DNA of 63,274 nt, the filler included, from Octopus bimaculoides (taxonomy: Eukaryota), in assembly GCF_001194135.2 (NCBI RefSeq). It is 6 parts of 6 records of this genome, joined end to end, with 100 filler letters (N's around TTAATTAATTAA, not from the genome) between each part and the next. Parts side by side here need not be neighbours in the genome. Positions count along the whole stretch, not along the records: positions 38,207 to 52,021 come from NC_068993.1; positions 52,122 to 57,593 come from NC_069008.1; 4 more parts are not named here. One strand, written 5' to 3'. The translations under genes and the position numbers were made by a program. The notes below the pieces were generated by a model. The model was not told the origin of the DNA and ran no database searches. It saw only the letters and a list, made by a program, of their open reading frames with translations. Below, in pieces: positions 38,293 through 52,842 of this stretch. Each line of letters starts with the position of its first letter. Position 1 is the first letter of the stretch.

Positions 38293-38766
38293 GTATGTAT
38301 GTATGTATATACGTATGTATGTATATACACATAGAGGAAGGGAGGGAGAGTGATGTATATACACTCATGAAATTAAGGTTCGTCTTCCGAAATTGATTTG
38401 TTAATAACAATTTTACACAAGGAAACATTTTCAGGTACATACATTCAAGAACAGGTACATATGTATACGCACACTTGCGCACATAGCACACACTCACCTT
38501 CGCTCTGCTGCACAGACACACACACATATGTATATGTACACGTAATATTACACACTAGAACGCACACGCACACAATGATATACATACATTGTATAAATAT
38601 ATGTGATTGGGTATATGTGTCTGTGTGTGTGTGTTTGTGTGTGTGCGTGAATCCGTATGTCTTATTTGTTGCTGTGTTTATGTGAAAAATGTTGTGGTTT
38701 TTGTTTTGTTTGTTGTTTTGTTTTGTTTCGTTTTTTTTTTTTTGGTATTTACGTAGATGTGAACAA

Positions 38767-38837
38767 AATCTGTGTGTATAAATCTGTGTGTATAAATCTG
38801 TGTGTATAAATCTGTGTGTATAAATCTGTGTGTATAA
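38767..38837. repeat. 14-bp tandem repeat x5
   Basis: aaatctgtgtgtat repeated. Confidence 0.9.
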
Positions 38838-38961
38838 ATATAAAAGCAAGAATGTATACGAACACAAAAAAGATTGATATAGTTTTACAGAAATGTATAC
38901 ATAAAAATAACGGATGCGTGTGAGAATGTATATATGTATGTATAGATGTATGTATGTATGC

Positions 38962-38995
<34 letters not shown>

Positions 38996-39419
38996 GGAGA
39001 GAGAGAGAGGGAGAGACACAGAGAGAAAGACAGAGACAGAGAAAGACATGTGTCTGTGTACGTGTGGGGGTTTGTGTATGTGTGTGCGTCCTTTTGTGTA
39101 TTTATATGTCCGTATATCTCGTCTGCCATTTTCGCTGGACATTATAAGCCATCGACATATTGAAAACCTAGAAGAAAAGATTCCAGCTTAAAAATGGCTG
39201 ATGAATATATATTTTTGTTTGTGTCTGTGTGTGCCCAAGTGTGTGAGTGTGTTTTCTTATACTTATGTATTACTAGTGTATATGAATTTCCAATTTATAA
39301 TCAAATTTTAATTTAAAATATATTAATATATAGTCCTAAATCACAATTTAAACAAGGAATTCCTCGCCACATTATAAAAAAATTATCTATATTTGTGTGG
39401 GTGCATAGTAACCGTATTC

Positions 39420-39660
39420 TGAAAGCATTGCTTCTTTGGGTATCCAAACGCTAGAATTTTGACATCTAGCAGCTAACTTGCTAGAAGCTCACAGGATTAC
39501 CCACCAACTTTCCAATAATAACCTCATGCGTATGAATATAATAGAATTGCACAACGCCTATCACATTCGGAAAAAAAAAAAGACATTTCTTCCGCTCAGA
39601 ATTTTCAGAGTATGGAAGAAACTACCCATGCAAATTAACCTAAATCTAGGATTCTGGCGG
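39420..39660 (+). mobile_element. Possible CR1/L2-like LINE 3'-end relic
   Basis: KTFLPLRIFRVWKKLP resembles the FFS-RV-x-x-WN-x-LP C-terminal motif of CR1/L2 ORF2. Confidence 0.4.
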
Positions 39661-39748
39661 GTTTTATGATTCCGGGTCAGAATAGTCGCCCTAGGACGCT
39701 GGATGTGTCTTGGCCAGTGATTATAACAAACATGCAGAAATAATGATG

Positions 39749-39822
<74 letters not shown>

Positions 39823-39920
39823 CGAATAAAAAGTTTTGAATGGTAAAACAATGCACTATAATAGAAAAATGGACTATATACCCGTTGTAATTTAGTTATG
39901 TATAGTCCGATGATATTTCG

Positions 39921-39959
<39 letters not shown>

Positions 39960-39960
<1 letters not shown>

Positions 39961-40170
39961 CCTTTCTACTAAAGGCAAAGGTCTGAAATTTCGGAGGAAG
40001 AGACTAGTCGATTACATCGACCCAGTATATCACTGGTATTAATTTATCGACTTGGAAAGGATGAAAGGCAAAGTCGACCTTGGCGGAATTTGAACTGAGA
40101 GCGTAGCGACGGGTGAAATACCGCTAAGCATTTCGTCCGGCACGCTAACGATTCTGCCAGCTCACCGCCT
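39960..40170 (-). mobile_element. SINE family A
   Basis: Full-length copy with (AAT)n on both sides. Confidence 0.85.
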
Positions 40171-40634
40171 TAATATTAATAATAATATCACCACCACCAC
40201 TATTAACAATCAGAAGAACACTGACCGGGACAAGAAAACTTGTTGTTTGAAGACACAGTATTCCAGTGTATGAAATCGCAACAGGCGTCAAAGATCAGAA
40301 TTAGTTTTGGTTAGTTAGTTGATTGGTTGATTGATAGGTTTCTTATTCGCCTGGTCATTTGGTTATTGGATTATGGGAAGGAAGTGGAGAGAGGAGAGAG
40401 GGGATCGTATTTATTGTAGGAGAGGTGCCTGATTAAGTCTTGCTGGTTCCTATGAAATATTAACGAAACAGAGACGAAGTAAAATATGGTTAATTCGATT
40501 AAGGAATCACATTGTCAAAGAAAAGTAATTATAAGACTGATTACTTTCAAAGAAGGTTAAGAAATTGGCGAGTGGGTGGATAGGACACTAGTACGGAACG
40601 GGAAAAGGAATGAGTGCCCTGGCCGTAGGTGATT

Positions 40635-40935
40635 GTTATGAAGGTTGATGTTGAGGTGGTAGATGTGGTTTAGGATTGGGAATAATAATTGTGGTGATGG
40701 TGGTGGTGATGATGATGATGTTGGTACTTCTCTTGGTGGTGATGGTTGTCGTGATGGTGGTGGTGGTAGAAGCGACAGAGGGTGGTGGTAGTGGCGTTAC
40801 GGTGATGGTGATGGCAGTGATGGTGGTGGTGATGGTGGTGTTGGCGCCAGTAGTGAAGTGTAGTGGCAACAGTGTGAATTTGTCCTGTCGATGCTGCTGC
40901 AGCTGCAGATGATGATGATGATGATGATGATGAAG
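40635..40935. repeat. Mixed (GGT)/(GAT)/(GCT) low-complexity tract
   Basis: Direct reading; gives spurious poly-His/Thr/Val ORFs. Confidence 0.85.
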
Positions 40936-41137
40936 ACACTGATGATCGGAAAAGGAGAACGTTAACTTCAAAACTGGAATAATATGTGAAATGGAGGTGA
41001 GGTGACGTGGTTGGACGATAAGTGACTGAAATAGTAGTAGAAGTAATAAGAGTGATAGAAGTGTTTTTCTGTGCAGCAGATGATCTAATGAAACATTCCT
41101 GTGCAAACGTGCCATTCTCTAAAGTGAAGTCTGTTGC

Positions 41138-41204
<67 letters not shown>

Positions 41205-41976
41205 ACACACACATGTTCGTAATACATAAGGGGTTAACCAGAAACGACTACCAGTTTGATCTCAGGTATTCAAAACATGTTATTCAACAGTTAGCATGTA
41301 AATCCAATAATGGGCTGGTCTTAAAAGACTGCATATAATTATAGAATTAAAGGTAATGCTATTGTTTCTTCGAAGTAATCTTTGTTTTTGATATTGTCAG
41401 TGTATGTATATATATATATATATGTGTATATATATATATATCAAAGGACAGGAAAAAACATGGACGGGTCATTCGGAGTTTTTTTTATCCTGATTCAAGT
41501 TCCAGATTTTCACGGCAGTTTCGGCCGGTTACACTCTAGACCGTTCCAAGCTGGCAGGCCCCAGGGAAATCTAAATTCAGAGCATTAGATTCCTTGCAAG
41601 AAAGCAAGCGAATGTATAAAAAGCGGTGAAATTGTACACAATTACAAATACAAACACCAGGACATACATACATACATACATACATACNNNNNNNNNNNNN
41701 NNNNNNNNNNNNNNNNNNNNNNNNNNNNNNNNNNNNNNNNNNNNNNNNNNNNNNNNNNNNNNNNNNNNNNNNNNNNNNNNNNNNNNNNNNNNNNNNNNNN
41801 NNNNNNNNNNNNNNNNNNNNNNNNNNNNNNNNNNNNNNNNNNNNNNNNNNNNNNNNNNNNNNNNNNNNNNNNNNNNNNNNNNNNNNNNNNNNNNNNNNNN
41901 NNNNNNNNNNNNNNNNNNNNNNNNNNNNNNNNNNNNNNNNNNNNNNNNNNNNNNNNNNNNNNNNNNNNNNNNNNNN

Positions 41977-42014
<38 letters not shown>

Positions 42015-44185
42015 GACACACGTAGCTGTGTGTTTGTGTGTATATGTCTGAATGCTGTTGCATAAATCTTTTTCTGCTTTTACAGTGATAATAGGTGCGA
42101 GTACGTGCGTTTAGAACTAGAGGAAAAGGCCAATATATTTCTTTAAAGCAGAAGTATGAATATCTGAACGATTTATAAGGAATGGTAACGAAGTGGATGA
42201 TTATATTATTAAGTATGTGTATGTGCATGTGTATGTGCATGTTTGCAAATGTGTTTGAAGCAATTATGATATGTTCTCCTAAAGCATAAAAATTCATTTT
42301 CTTTTTAAATAATTCTTAACGTCTTCCAGTTACCTCCTCTTACCATTGTCTTGCTAATAACGAACGCCGCTAGGTATTTGTTTGCTTTCACCGAATGAGA
42401 AATTAATTTCAATTCATTAAGAATTTCCGTATATACTATACTCCATATGCGACCATGCTGGAGCATCGCCTTAAAGGGTGTTGGTCAGAGAAATCGACCT
42501 CACGACTGATTCTTCTTTGTAAGCCTGATAATTATCTGATCGTCCCCTATGACGAACCGCTAGGTTACGGGGATATTAACACACCAGCTTCAAAAGGCTT
42601 TCGTCGGCCCTAAACTATTGTAAAAGACTCTTCGTCAAAGTGCCACGAAGTGGGACTGAACCTGGAACCATGTGTTTATGAAGCAAACTTCTTACCACAC
42701 AACCACGCCTGAGTCGATATGTGAATGTATGCATAATATATTTATATATTCATGCATATATAAATACATGTGTGTGTATATGCATATATATGTGTGTATA
42801 TATANNNNNNNNNNNNNNNNNNNNNNNNNNNNNNNNNNNNNNNNNNNNNNNNNNNNNNNNNNNNNNNNNNNNNNNNNNNNNNNNNNNNNNNNNNNNNNNN
42901 NNNNNNNNNNNNNNNNNNNNNNNNNNNNNNNNNNNNNNNNNNNNNNNNNNNNNNNNNNNNNNNNNNNNNNNNNNNNNNNNNNNNNNNNNNNNNNNNNNNN
43001 NNNNNNNNNNNNNNNNNNNNNNNNNNNNNNNNNNNNNNNNNNNNNNNNNNNNNNNNNNNNNNNNNNNNNNNNNNNNNNNNNNNNNNNNNNNNNNNNNNNN
43101 NNNNNNNNNNNNNNNNNNNNNNNNNNNNNNNNNNNNNNNNNNNNNNNNNNNNNNNNNNNNNNNNNNNNNNNNNNNNNNNNNNNNNNNNNNNNNNNNNNNN
43201 NNNNNNNNNNNNNNNNNNNNNNNNATATATATATATATATATATATATAGATATATATTAATCCTTCCATCGTTTTATCAAAATCACCTCGAGTCGTCTA
43301 TCCGTCCATCCACAACAGACCACCACCACCACCACCCACCTTACTGCGAACTTCACTCAGCTAGCTAACACTCATCTATAAAAATAAAAACAGAAATATG
43401 AGAGGAGGGCCATTGCGGTGGGAATCGTTGGCGATGGCGGCAGAGAGCGAGCTTGGCCCTACCGCCCTACCGCCTTACCGCCCTCGTACCCCATCATCAC
43501 CACCACCATCACCACAACTACCATCAGCACCACCACCAACGCTACCTTTCGCAAGTAATTATTGACTGCACATAAATCTAATCTACTGTACGTCTACTTC
43601 CCATATTTTGGCCATAAAATCAATTGCCTCTTTCCCCACACCCCTGTACAGATAACGTTGAAACAGAGCGGAAGGATTGCGGGGAGTTAAAAAGGTAATT
43701 TGAAACTGAGAGCTTCTTCTGTCTTTAAGATTATATTAAGCAATCTGTTTGCCAAATGTGTCCAGTATCATAGATTTTGCAGAGCTCTGCAGCATTTATG
43801 ATAAATAGTTAAGTGCATGGAACCATGATATTATTGGATGGTGCATACACACGAGCATTTATCAAAGCACGGTGGTAGTTGTAGATTTTGTTGTTATTTT
43901 AAATATATTTTCTTTTTTTTTTTACTTTACTTTTCCTTTCTAAAGGCGTTTGCTTACGGTGTGGGTAATATTTGTGATACAACTGTGTCTTCGTATGCAA
44001 GTATGTATATGTATGAATGTATTTATTTATATATGTTTGTATGTATGTATTTGTGTATGCATGTGTATGTTTGCTTGTTTGTTTGTTTGGTTTTTTTCAT
44101 ATTTGGCTTCTTTATCTCTTTTAGTATGTTACGCCTATTTCTCTAGGTACTATCCTTTTCCAAGTGAATATGATGTTTTGTGTGC

Positions 44186-44245
<60 letters not shown>

Positions 44246-44345
44246 NNNNNNNNNNNNNNNNNNNNNNNNNNNNNNNNNNNNNNNNNNNNNNNNNNNNNNN
44301 NNNNNNNNNNNNNNNNNNNNNNNNNNNNNNNNNNNNNNNNNNNNN

Positions 44346-44403
<58 letters not shown>

Positions 44404-44580
44404 AGGACAGAAATAGGTCATACATATGTCCATACGCATACACGCACATGTGTCAACAGAGGGAGAGATTTAGGTATGTATACATGACAAAATCATATAC
44501 ATATGTACTTATGCTTTCATGAACATATATATAAGCACATATGTATGCATATATATATAAGTATATATATATATATACAT

Positions 44581-44663
<83 letters not shown>

Positions 44664-45520
44664 TATATACACACACACACATATAATTATATATATACGT
44701 ATATATACATATATATAAAATCCATAACTGCATGCCGCTCACGTGGACCATGACGTCAAGTACTTTTCAATCTACATCTGAAGGGTATCCATTAATGTTT
44801 ATTGAAAGGGAATAGGGCATGTGGTAGCAGATGATTTTACTTTGGATTGGGATGCAATTCTAAATGACATAGATATGTTTCTGGAACACAGAGGTTGCAG
44901 CGCTTTGAGTCATCCATAAACACTACTGTTATAGCCATCATTGAACACGGCATTATCACGGTTTGGATTATAATGTTTGATTTTAAATAATATATTGCTA
45001 GAGACCTGTCACATATATGTTTTTTTTCTTTTCGTTTTATTTAAAATTGATCAAAGCAGCTCTGAAGACTGCGTTTTCTAACTCATATTTTACATTTAGT
45101 TTATGCGTTGTTATTATTTTTTTTAGCCCATCTTCATCTCTAACAGCTACTTTTTTTAGGTTAAAACGGTTTTCCCTGCACCATTTTTTGTGTTTACCTT
45201 TTCCAGATCGCGTTGTAAGAATCACAGCATTCAATAACAACATTTCTTGAAACGGCTGGGTAACATGTGATTTAAGAGAGCATGTTCAGCGGTTGCTTAG
45301 AGACTACTGGTCCAATCCAATTCATTTAAATGCTGACTTCCACACGGAAGGATTTATTTACCTTTCTGGTGACACATTCATACTCATTGTGAAATAAATC
45401 TCTGCCCCTTAAGTCTTTCCGTAATAAAAATTCATGCACATTCTATTAGATTTTTTCTTTTGGACTGTGCTTCTAAAAGTGTTTATAGATAAAAGTATAT
45501 ATATGCGTATGTATACACAC

Positions 45521-45605
<85 letters not shown>

Positions 45606-46509
45606 NNNNNNNNNNNNNNNNNNNNNNNNNNNNNNNNNNNNNNNNNNNNNNNNNNNNNNNNNNNNNNNNNNNNNNNNNNNNNNNNNNNNNNNNNNNNNNN
45701 NNNNNNNNNNNNNNNNNNNNNNNNNNNNNNNNNNNNNNNNNNNNNNNNNNNNNNNNNNNNNNNNNNNNNNNNNNNNNNNNNNNNNNNNNNNNNNNNNNNN
45801 NNNNNNNNNNNNNNNNNNNNNNNNNNNNNNNNNNNNNNNNNNNNNNNNNNNNNNNNNNNNNNNNNNNNNNNNNTATATACATATGTATAGCTACACATAT
45901 AATACACACACATACAGAAAGACACGTGTGTGTGCGCCCGCGTACGTATGCGTGTGTGTGCCTGCGTGTGTGTGTGTGTGTGTGTGTGTGTCTGTGTGCT
46001 TGAAGATTTATATTTAAAAAAACCCGTAATCATTAATATCGTAGTTAATAACCATGCATAGTTAAGAGTTTGTAGCCATAAACACAAAACCAGTTGTATG
46101 TGGTACATTATATAGCCGGATGATAGTGGAAACGTCTACCACGTGGTGGTTGACTGGTTGCAAACATATCCCGTGATCGTCATGTGATATGAGGTGAAGC
46201 AATACAGTTAGCTTCTCCAGTAAAACTTTTATAAATACTATTTTTGACAGATACAAGTAGCAGAAACTCTTCAGTGTAGTCGTTAAAACGAGCACTCACG
46301 CAGCATTTGATGCATGTTTCGATTCCCAATGTGCGATATGTTTTATTTTTCCCTGTCTTTCGCTCTTTCTCATAAATGCTTTACGTTTATACCGTGAGTT
46401 TATATTAAAAAATAATAAATAAACGTCCTTCTTTATTCTCGTTTCCAACAGAGTACTTCCTTCTATCACACCCACTAAAAATATCCTCATCAGACATAAA
46501 CACACCATA

Positions 46510-46553
<44 letters not shown>

Positions 46554-46940
46554 ACACAAATAAACACGCAGATAGCTTCTCTTGTCACATGACCAGTCTC
46601 TTAATCTCAAACGATCTTTTTTACTCTCTCTCTCTCACACACTCTCTCTCGCACTCTCACTCACTCTGTCTCATACTNNNNNNNNNNNNNNNNNNNNNNN
46701 NNNNNNNNNNNNNNNNNNNNNNNNNNNNNNNNNNNNNNNNNNNNNNNNNNNNNNNNNNNNNNNNNNNNNNNNNNNNNNNNNNNNNNNNNNNNNNNNNNNN
46801 NNNNNNNNNNNNNNNNNNNNNNNNNNNNNNNNNNNNNNNNNNNNNNNNNNNNNNNNNNNNNNNNNNNNNNNNNNNNNNNNNNNNNNNNNNNNNNNNNNNN
46901 NNNNNNNNNNNNNNNNNNNNNNNNNNNNNNNNNNNNNNNN

Positions 46941-47015
<75 letters not shown>

Positions 47016-47462
47016 CGTCCTTTCGCAATCTAACAAATATTCTATCATCCCATCCAATTCCGAAGCGTGTCTCCCCTTCCACGCACAACAAACCAATTTT
47101 CTCCCCCTATTCCTATCCCCTCCCCGCCCCGGTCACCTCAGTATATTTTATACCATTGTGTTTCCAGGATATATTCATTCAGTGCATCATCACACAGTCC
47201 CCAACCGATGTGGTCATGCATAATAATGTGCATCTACTGCATTCCATAACCCAGAACACTTTCACTTTCACTTTCAAGTATACAGTCGTAAGCAGCAATA
47301 TGAATATACACATATACGCTCATATGCTGATGCACACAAATTATTGTTTTGTAACATATGTTTATATATTTATTGTTGAGGTATAACATACACGAAAGTG
47401 CGAGCGCGCTGGTGTTGTTTGTGTGCGTGTATATATGTATGTGTATGGGTCTATGTTTATGA

Positions 47463-47493
<31 letters not shown>

Positions 47494-47501
47494 AATGTAT
47501 G

Positions 47502-47608
<107 letters not shown>

Positions 47609-47727
47609 ATACACACATGCACACACTCACACTTATTCCCGCACAACAATTTATATGTACACACACGCATGGATATATGCATACTGAGCGAAAAAGGACC
47701 AAAGGGAGCTATATGAGTAGATAGATG

Positions 47728-47780
<53 letters not shown>

Positions 47781-47802
47781 GGAGAGAGAGAGNNNNNNNN
47801 NN

Positions 47803-47872
<70 letters not shown>

Positions 47873-48329
47873 AACGGACTGCTGACAAACAGACAGACCA
47901 ACAGACAGTTATATAGCTATTCATACTCTGCTAGACATTAACGTAACTACAAACATAAAACACATACATATTCATATGTATATATGAATTTGTGTGTGCG
48001 TGTGTGTGTGTGTGTGTGTGTATTTGTGTGTATTTATACAACTATATAAAAGCCTAACTATATTCATAATTCACATCTAGATCCTGTCTTCTTTGTACAT
48101 CATATTTTTAGTTTATTCATCTATTCCCTTCCATCATAAAAGATATATAGTTATCTATCGCCAATGAATTTTAGTGTAAATCCACAAATGTACATACTTC
48201 TTCAGTTTTATTGACACCCGTCTTTATATTTGAAAAGAGAATGTACATTGGTGTATACACGTAAGCACAAATAAAACACGGCCATATGATATAACAATAT
48301 ACACACATAAAAATCAATATGTAATATAA

Positions 48330-48417
<88 letters not shown>

Positions 48418-48982
48418 NNNNNNNNNNNNNNNNNNNNNNNNNNNNNNNNNNNNNNNNNNNNNNNNNNNNNNNNNNNNNNNNNNNNNNNNNNNNNNNNNNN
48501 NNNNNNNNNNNNNNNNNNNNNNNNNNNNNNNNNNNNNNNNNNNNNNNNNNNNNNNNNNNNNNNNNNNNNNNNNNNNNNNNNNNNNNNNNNNNNNNNNNNN
48601 NNNNNNNNNNNNNNNNNNNNNNNNNNNNNNNNNNNNNNNNNNNNNNNNNNNNNNNNNNNNNNNNNNNNNNNNNNNNNNNNNNNNNNNNNNNNNNNNNNNN
48701 NNNNNNNNNNNNNNNNNNNNNNNNNNNNNNNNNNNNNNNNNNNNNNNNNNNNNNNNNNNNNNNNNNNNNNNNNNNNNNNNNNNNNNNNNNNNNNNNNNNN
48801 NNNNNNNNNNNNNNNNNNNNNNNNNNNNNNNNNNNNNNNNNNNNNNNNNNNNNNNNNNNNNNNNNNNNNNNNNNNNNNNNNNNNNNNNNNNNNNNNNNNN
48901 NNNNNNNNNNNNNNNNNNNNNNNNNNNNNNNNNNNNNNNNNNNNNNNNNNNNNNNNNNNNNNNNNNNNNNNNNNNNNNNNNN

Positions 48983-49043
<61 letters not shown>

Positions 49044-49237
49044 ATTGAGAGCAGGAAACAACACCTATAACAAAAAAAAAATACAGTGGAAATATTTTAA
49101 AAGCATATTTTAAACAAAAAGGAAAAACTTCCTAACTCGCACACATAAGCGTATACACGCCACATGGGACACAACCAGAACGTAGGGAAATAGAAAACTG
49201 TTTAAATATGGAAACTTACAAAATGACACTTCCATAA

Positions 49238-49320
49238 TAACAACAACAACATCATCAGCAGCAGCAGCTGCAGCAGCAGAGGCAGCAACAGCAACAGCAG
49301 CAACAGCAGCAGCAGCAGCA
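49238..49320. repeat. (CAA)/(CAG) trinucleotide tract
   Basis: aacaacaacaacatcatcagcagcagc..; no supporting ORF or splice context. Confidence 0.85.
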
Positions 49321-49537
49321 CTGTTTGTTAGTTGTTTAACTTACTTGTGTAAGAATGCTGTAAAATGGAGGAGGTCTGAGTACCTTCGGTGCATGGCAGT
49401 ACTTTAATTGTTTACTGCACCAAAATTACTCAAAGTAAACTAATATATGTCGCTGTTGTTGTTGTTGTTGTTGTTGTTGATGCTGATATTATACGTGATG
49501 TGCACAATGTCACATTTTACGACAACAACAATAATAG

Positions 49538-49588
<51 letters not shown>

Positions 49589-49673
49589 ACACGTGCCTAC
49601 ACATATACTCACATACACTCATTTTTATACTTACATATTCACCTTCACATACATGCATACACACGTTCACATA

Positions 49674-49714
<41 letters not shown>

Positions 49715-50871
49715 GATTTGCGAAACGGAAGTGTATCACAAAAAACATCCGACATATTGTAGACTAAATTTTTCGGTAGTTCAACAATGAAAATCGATGT
49801 GGTAGGTAACAGGTACGTTTGGAAAGCCAGGTAAATCATTGATGCTGCAGATCGGGAGCTGGAAAGTTCCAACTGGTGCTCACCTTCCTCAGCCAGCCAG
49901 AGAATTGTGATCTATAGAAAATACACACTTGCCATGTATAGACGTTTAGTTGCTAGAATAAGCAACGACGGACTCGAAAAGACGCTGGCAACTAATTTAT
50001 CCTGAACGACATAATAAATTCCAGAAATAATTACCCACTCAATGCTCTTGCGGCTGATAAAAGCTAATATCTACAGCTAAAGAAGTAGTGACTTATGCCT
50101 TACTCGAGATTTGAGGAAAGCGATGAAGCCATTCACTGCGCATTCATTCAATATTCACATATTTCTGATATATTCCATCTGTCACCCGCTCCTTGTCTAA
50201 TTACATTCGCTCTGAAAATACAACTTATTTAAATGGCTGTTGTGAAAATTTAGGTACAAAATTATTATTTCCAATCCATTTGAGGTTTCTCAGCAAAGTT
50301 TGCCTCCAGTTATACATATCGGTTGCACAATCTAAATATGATGTAAGGTTCTCTCAACTCTTTTGACCAAATTTTAATAAAAAAAAAAAGGATGAAGCAT
50401 TCATCTGTGTATGTTAATTAGTCCACCATATACTGTAAAAAGCAGAGGGACACGACCATTTCATGGTAGTAGACGCGATCTATGTGTCAGAAAGACACAT
50501 ACACATAGACACATACATATGCGACGGGCTTCTTTCAGTTTCCGTCAGCGAAATCAACTCAGAAGGCTTTGGTCGACTGGAGACCATAGTAGAAGACAAA
50601 TGCGCCACATGCTACGCAGTAGGACTGAACCCAGAACAATGTGGCTGGAAAGGAAGGTCCTTACAACATACACACACACACACACGCTCACACACACACA
50701 CATATGTATGTAAGTTATGAGAGGTAATGGTGTCAATAAGACCCAAAGTTGTCAGGTAATGCTGAGTAAGCGCTATGGACAGACTATAGTTAAGCTCCAG
50801 GTTTGGTGATTATGCGAATGAAGAGCCCAATGTAGGTCATATATCTGCATGTGTATATATATAAAAAATTT

Positions 50872-51180
50872 CAGAATGAGATAAAAATCCAAGGTTGTGA
50901 AAGATTTCAGAACATTTATAAATATTTCTTACAGCTGTTTCCGGGATATTTTATATAATCCTGGAACTACAGATAGAATATCCCTGCATATCTCACGGCT
51001 ATTTTCATTGTTCCACTTCACTCTCTATTTCATATCTTATCTAGAATAACTATTGCTTAACCATTTTCTCATAACGTCTCCGATGAAGGAATATATAAAA
51101 TATCCCGGAAACAGCTGTAAGACCTTCTTTTCATAAATGTTCTGAAATCTTTCACAGCCTTGGATTTTAATTTCATTCTG
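50872..51180. mobile_element. Fold-back element: ~90-bp imperfect inverted arms, ~125-bp spacer, family 2 hammerhead in the right arm
   Basis: 50872-50961 is the reverse complement of 51088-51180 (for example aatccaagg.tgtgaaagatttcagaacatttat and tcttacagctgtttccgggatattttatata). Confidence 0.75.
51076..51123 (+). ncRNA. Minimal type I hammerhead ribozyme motif, family 2
   Basis: gtct-CCGAUGA-a-ggaatat ataaa atatccc-g-GAAA-CAGCUG-UA-agac. Palindromic stem III ACAGCUGU, GUA triplet, 4-bp stem I. The core has a U4C variant. Confidence 0.7.
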
Positions 51181-52021
51181 TTAATGTTCATATTTGTATA
51201 TATACATATATCTATAAATCAGTCGTAAAAGGGCATCATCCCGTTTGTTTGGTGATGTTAATGCGAAAGAGAAAGAAATGGCCGAGGGTATAGGCCGAAC
51301 GATTGTAAATATAATCTTCACTATGGTATCAGTTCTCTTGTTCGCCATCCTCCTCTCTCACTTTCTCCCCCCCCCACCACTCTCTCTCTATTTCTCTCTC
51401 TCACTTTCTCTCTCTTCCTCTCTATCTTTCTTCCTCTCCCTTTTTCTCACACATGTTCCATTCCCTATTTCTTTCTTTCTTTCTTTCTCATGACATATGG
51501 GTATCTACATATATGCGTATATGGATATATGCCAGCGCGTTTGTTTGAGTCTATGTGTGAAGGCAAACAGTGTTGGTCTGTATGTGTTCGTATTTTTCCG
51601 TGCATCGTATGTGTATGATTGTGTATACAGAGCACGTTAACAATGTATGTGTATGTGTGTGTGGGCGTGCGTGTGTCCGCGCATTTGTATATGTTTCTGC
51701 TTGCTTGTATGTATGTCTGCATGTGTTTGTATCCACGTTTGTATGAATGTATATAGATATTCGTGGACATGTATGTCGATATCATGCCTGTATTTAATAT
51801 CAAATTGAATGTATGTAATTTTATAACAGTCTGTATATACTCATATGCTTACACCCCCCCACCCCCCACACAAATATATATATATATATATATTTATTTA
51901 TATACATATGTACATACATATATAAACGTGTACGCACATATATATACGTATGTATATTTATATATCTCTATTTAGGGACCTATATATGTATATGATCGGA
52001 TGGTTGAGCTTGAATGCGTGT

Positions 52022-52121
52022 NNNNNNNNNNNNNNNNNNNNNNNNNNNNNNNNNNNNNNNNNNNNTTAATTAATTAANNNNNNNNNNNNNNNNNNNNNNN
52101 NNNNNNNNNNNNNNNNNNNNN
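52022..52121. other. Artificial contig-join spacer
   Basis: 44N-TTAATTAATTAA-44N. Confidence 0.95.
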
Positions 52122-52477
52122 ATAAATATATACACATACATATATATATACATATATATGTATCTGTGTGTGTGTGTGTCTTTCTGTCTGTCTTTGTCCC
52201 CAACTACTGTTTGACAACCAACTGGTGTTGGTGTGTTTAAATCCCTCATAATGTAGCAGTCCAGCAGTCTCTTCCACTGAACTGCTACACTATGTGGGGT
52301 GCAATAAGTGCCAGGCTTTAACAAAATACACAAGTACTGGCGTTGATTCATTCGACTGAAAATTCTTCAATGCTATTCCCCTTCATGGCTGCAGTCCAAT
52401 GACTGGGTCGAGTGAAAGAACAAAAGAATAGGATGGCAAAGACAAGGATAGACCCAAGTTGGAGTCCTGCAATAGGT

Positions 52478-52785
52478 GTTCCGTGAATGTGTGTGGCTTA
52501 GTGGTTACAGCATTCAGCTTATGATCTCTAGGTCAGGAGTTCAATTCCTGGTGACGTGTTGTGTCGTTGAGCAAGACACTTTATTTCACGTTGCTCCAGT
52601 CCACTCAGCTGGTAAAAATGAGTCGTACCTGTATTCCAAAGAGGCCAGCCTTGTTACTCTCTGTGTCGTGCTGAATCTCCCTGAGAACTATGTTAAGGGT
52701 ATATGTGTCTGTGGAGTACTCAGCCACTTGCACGTTAATTTCATGACCAGGCTGTTCCATTGATTGGATCAACTGGAACCCTTGA
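52478..52785 (+). mobile_element. SINE family D variant with a CORE-like central block
   Basis: tggcttagtggttac..ggagttcaattcc..gagcaagacactttatttcacgttgctccagtccactcagctgg. Further D fragments at about 53040-53225(+) and 62690-62830(-). Confidence 0.8.
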
Positions 52786-52842
52786 TAGAAAATTACTATT
52801 TATAAATTTCACAATGAGAGATAATCAGCAACAGTACTTTGT

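Noticed and set aside
39115-39205. Imperfect ~26-bp hairpin
   Set aside because: Several mismatches and a long loop; not distinguishable from a decayed MITE or chance.
40636-41227. His/Thr-rich ORFs
   Set aside because: Low-complexity triplet repeats plus (CA)n; no splice or domain support.
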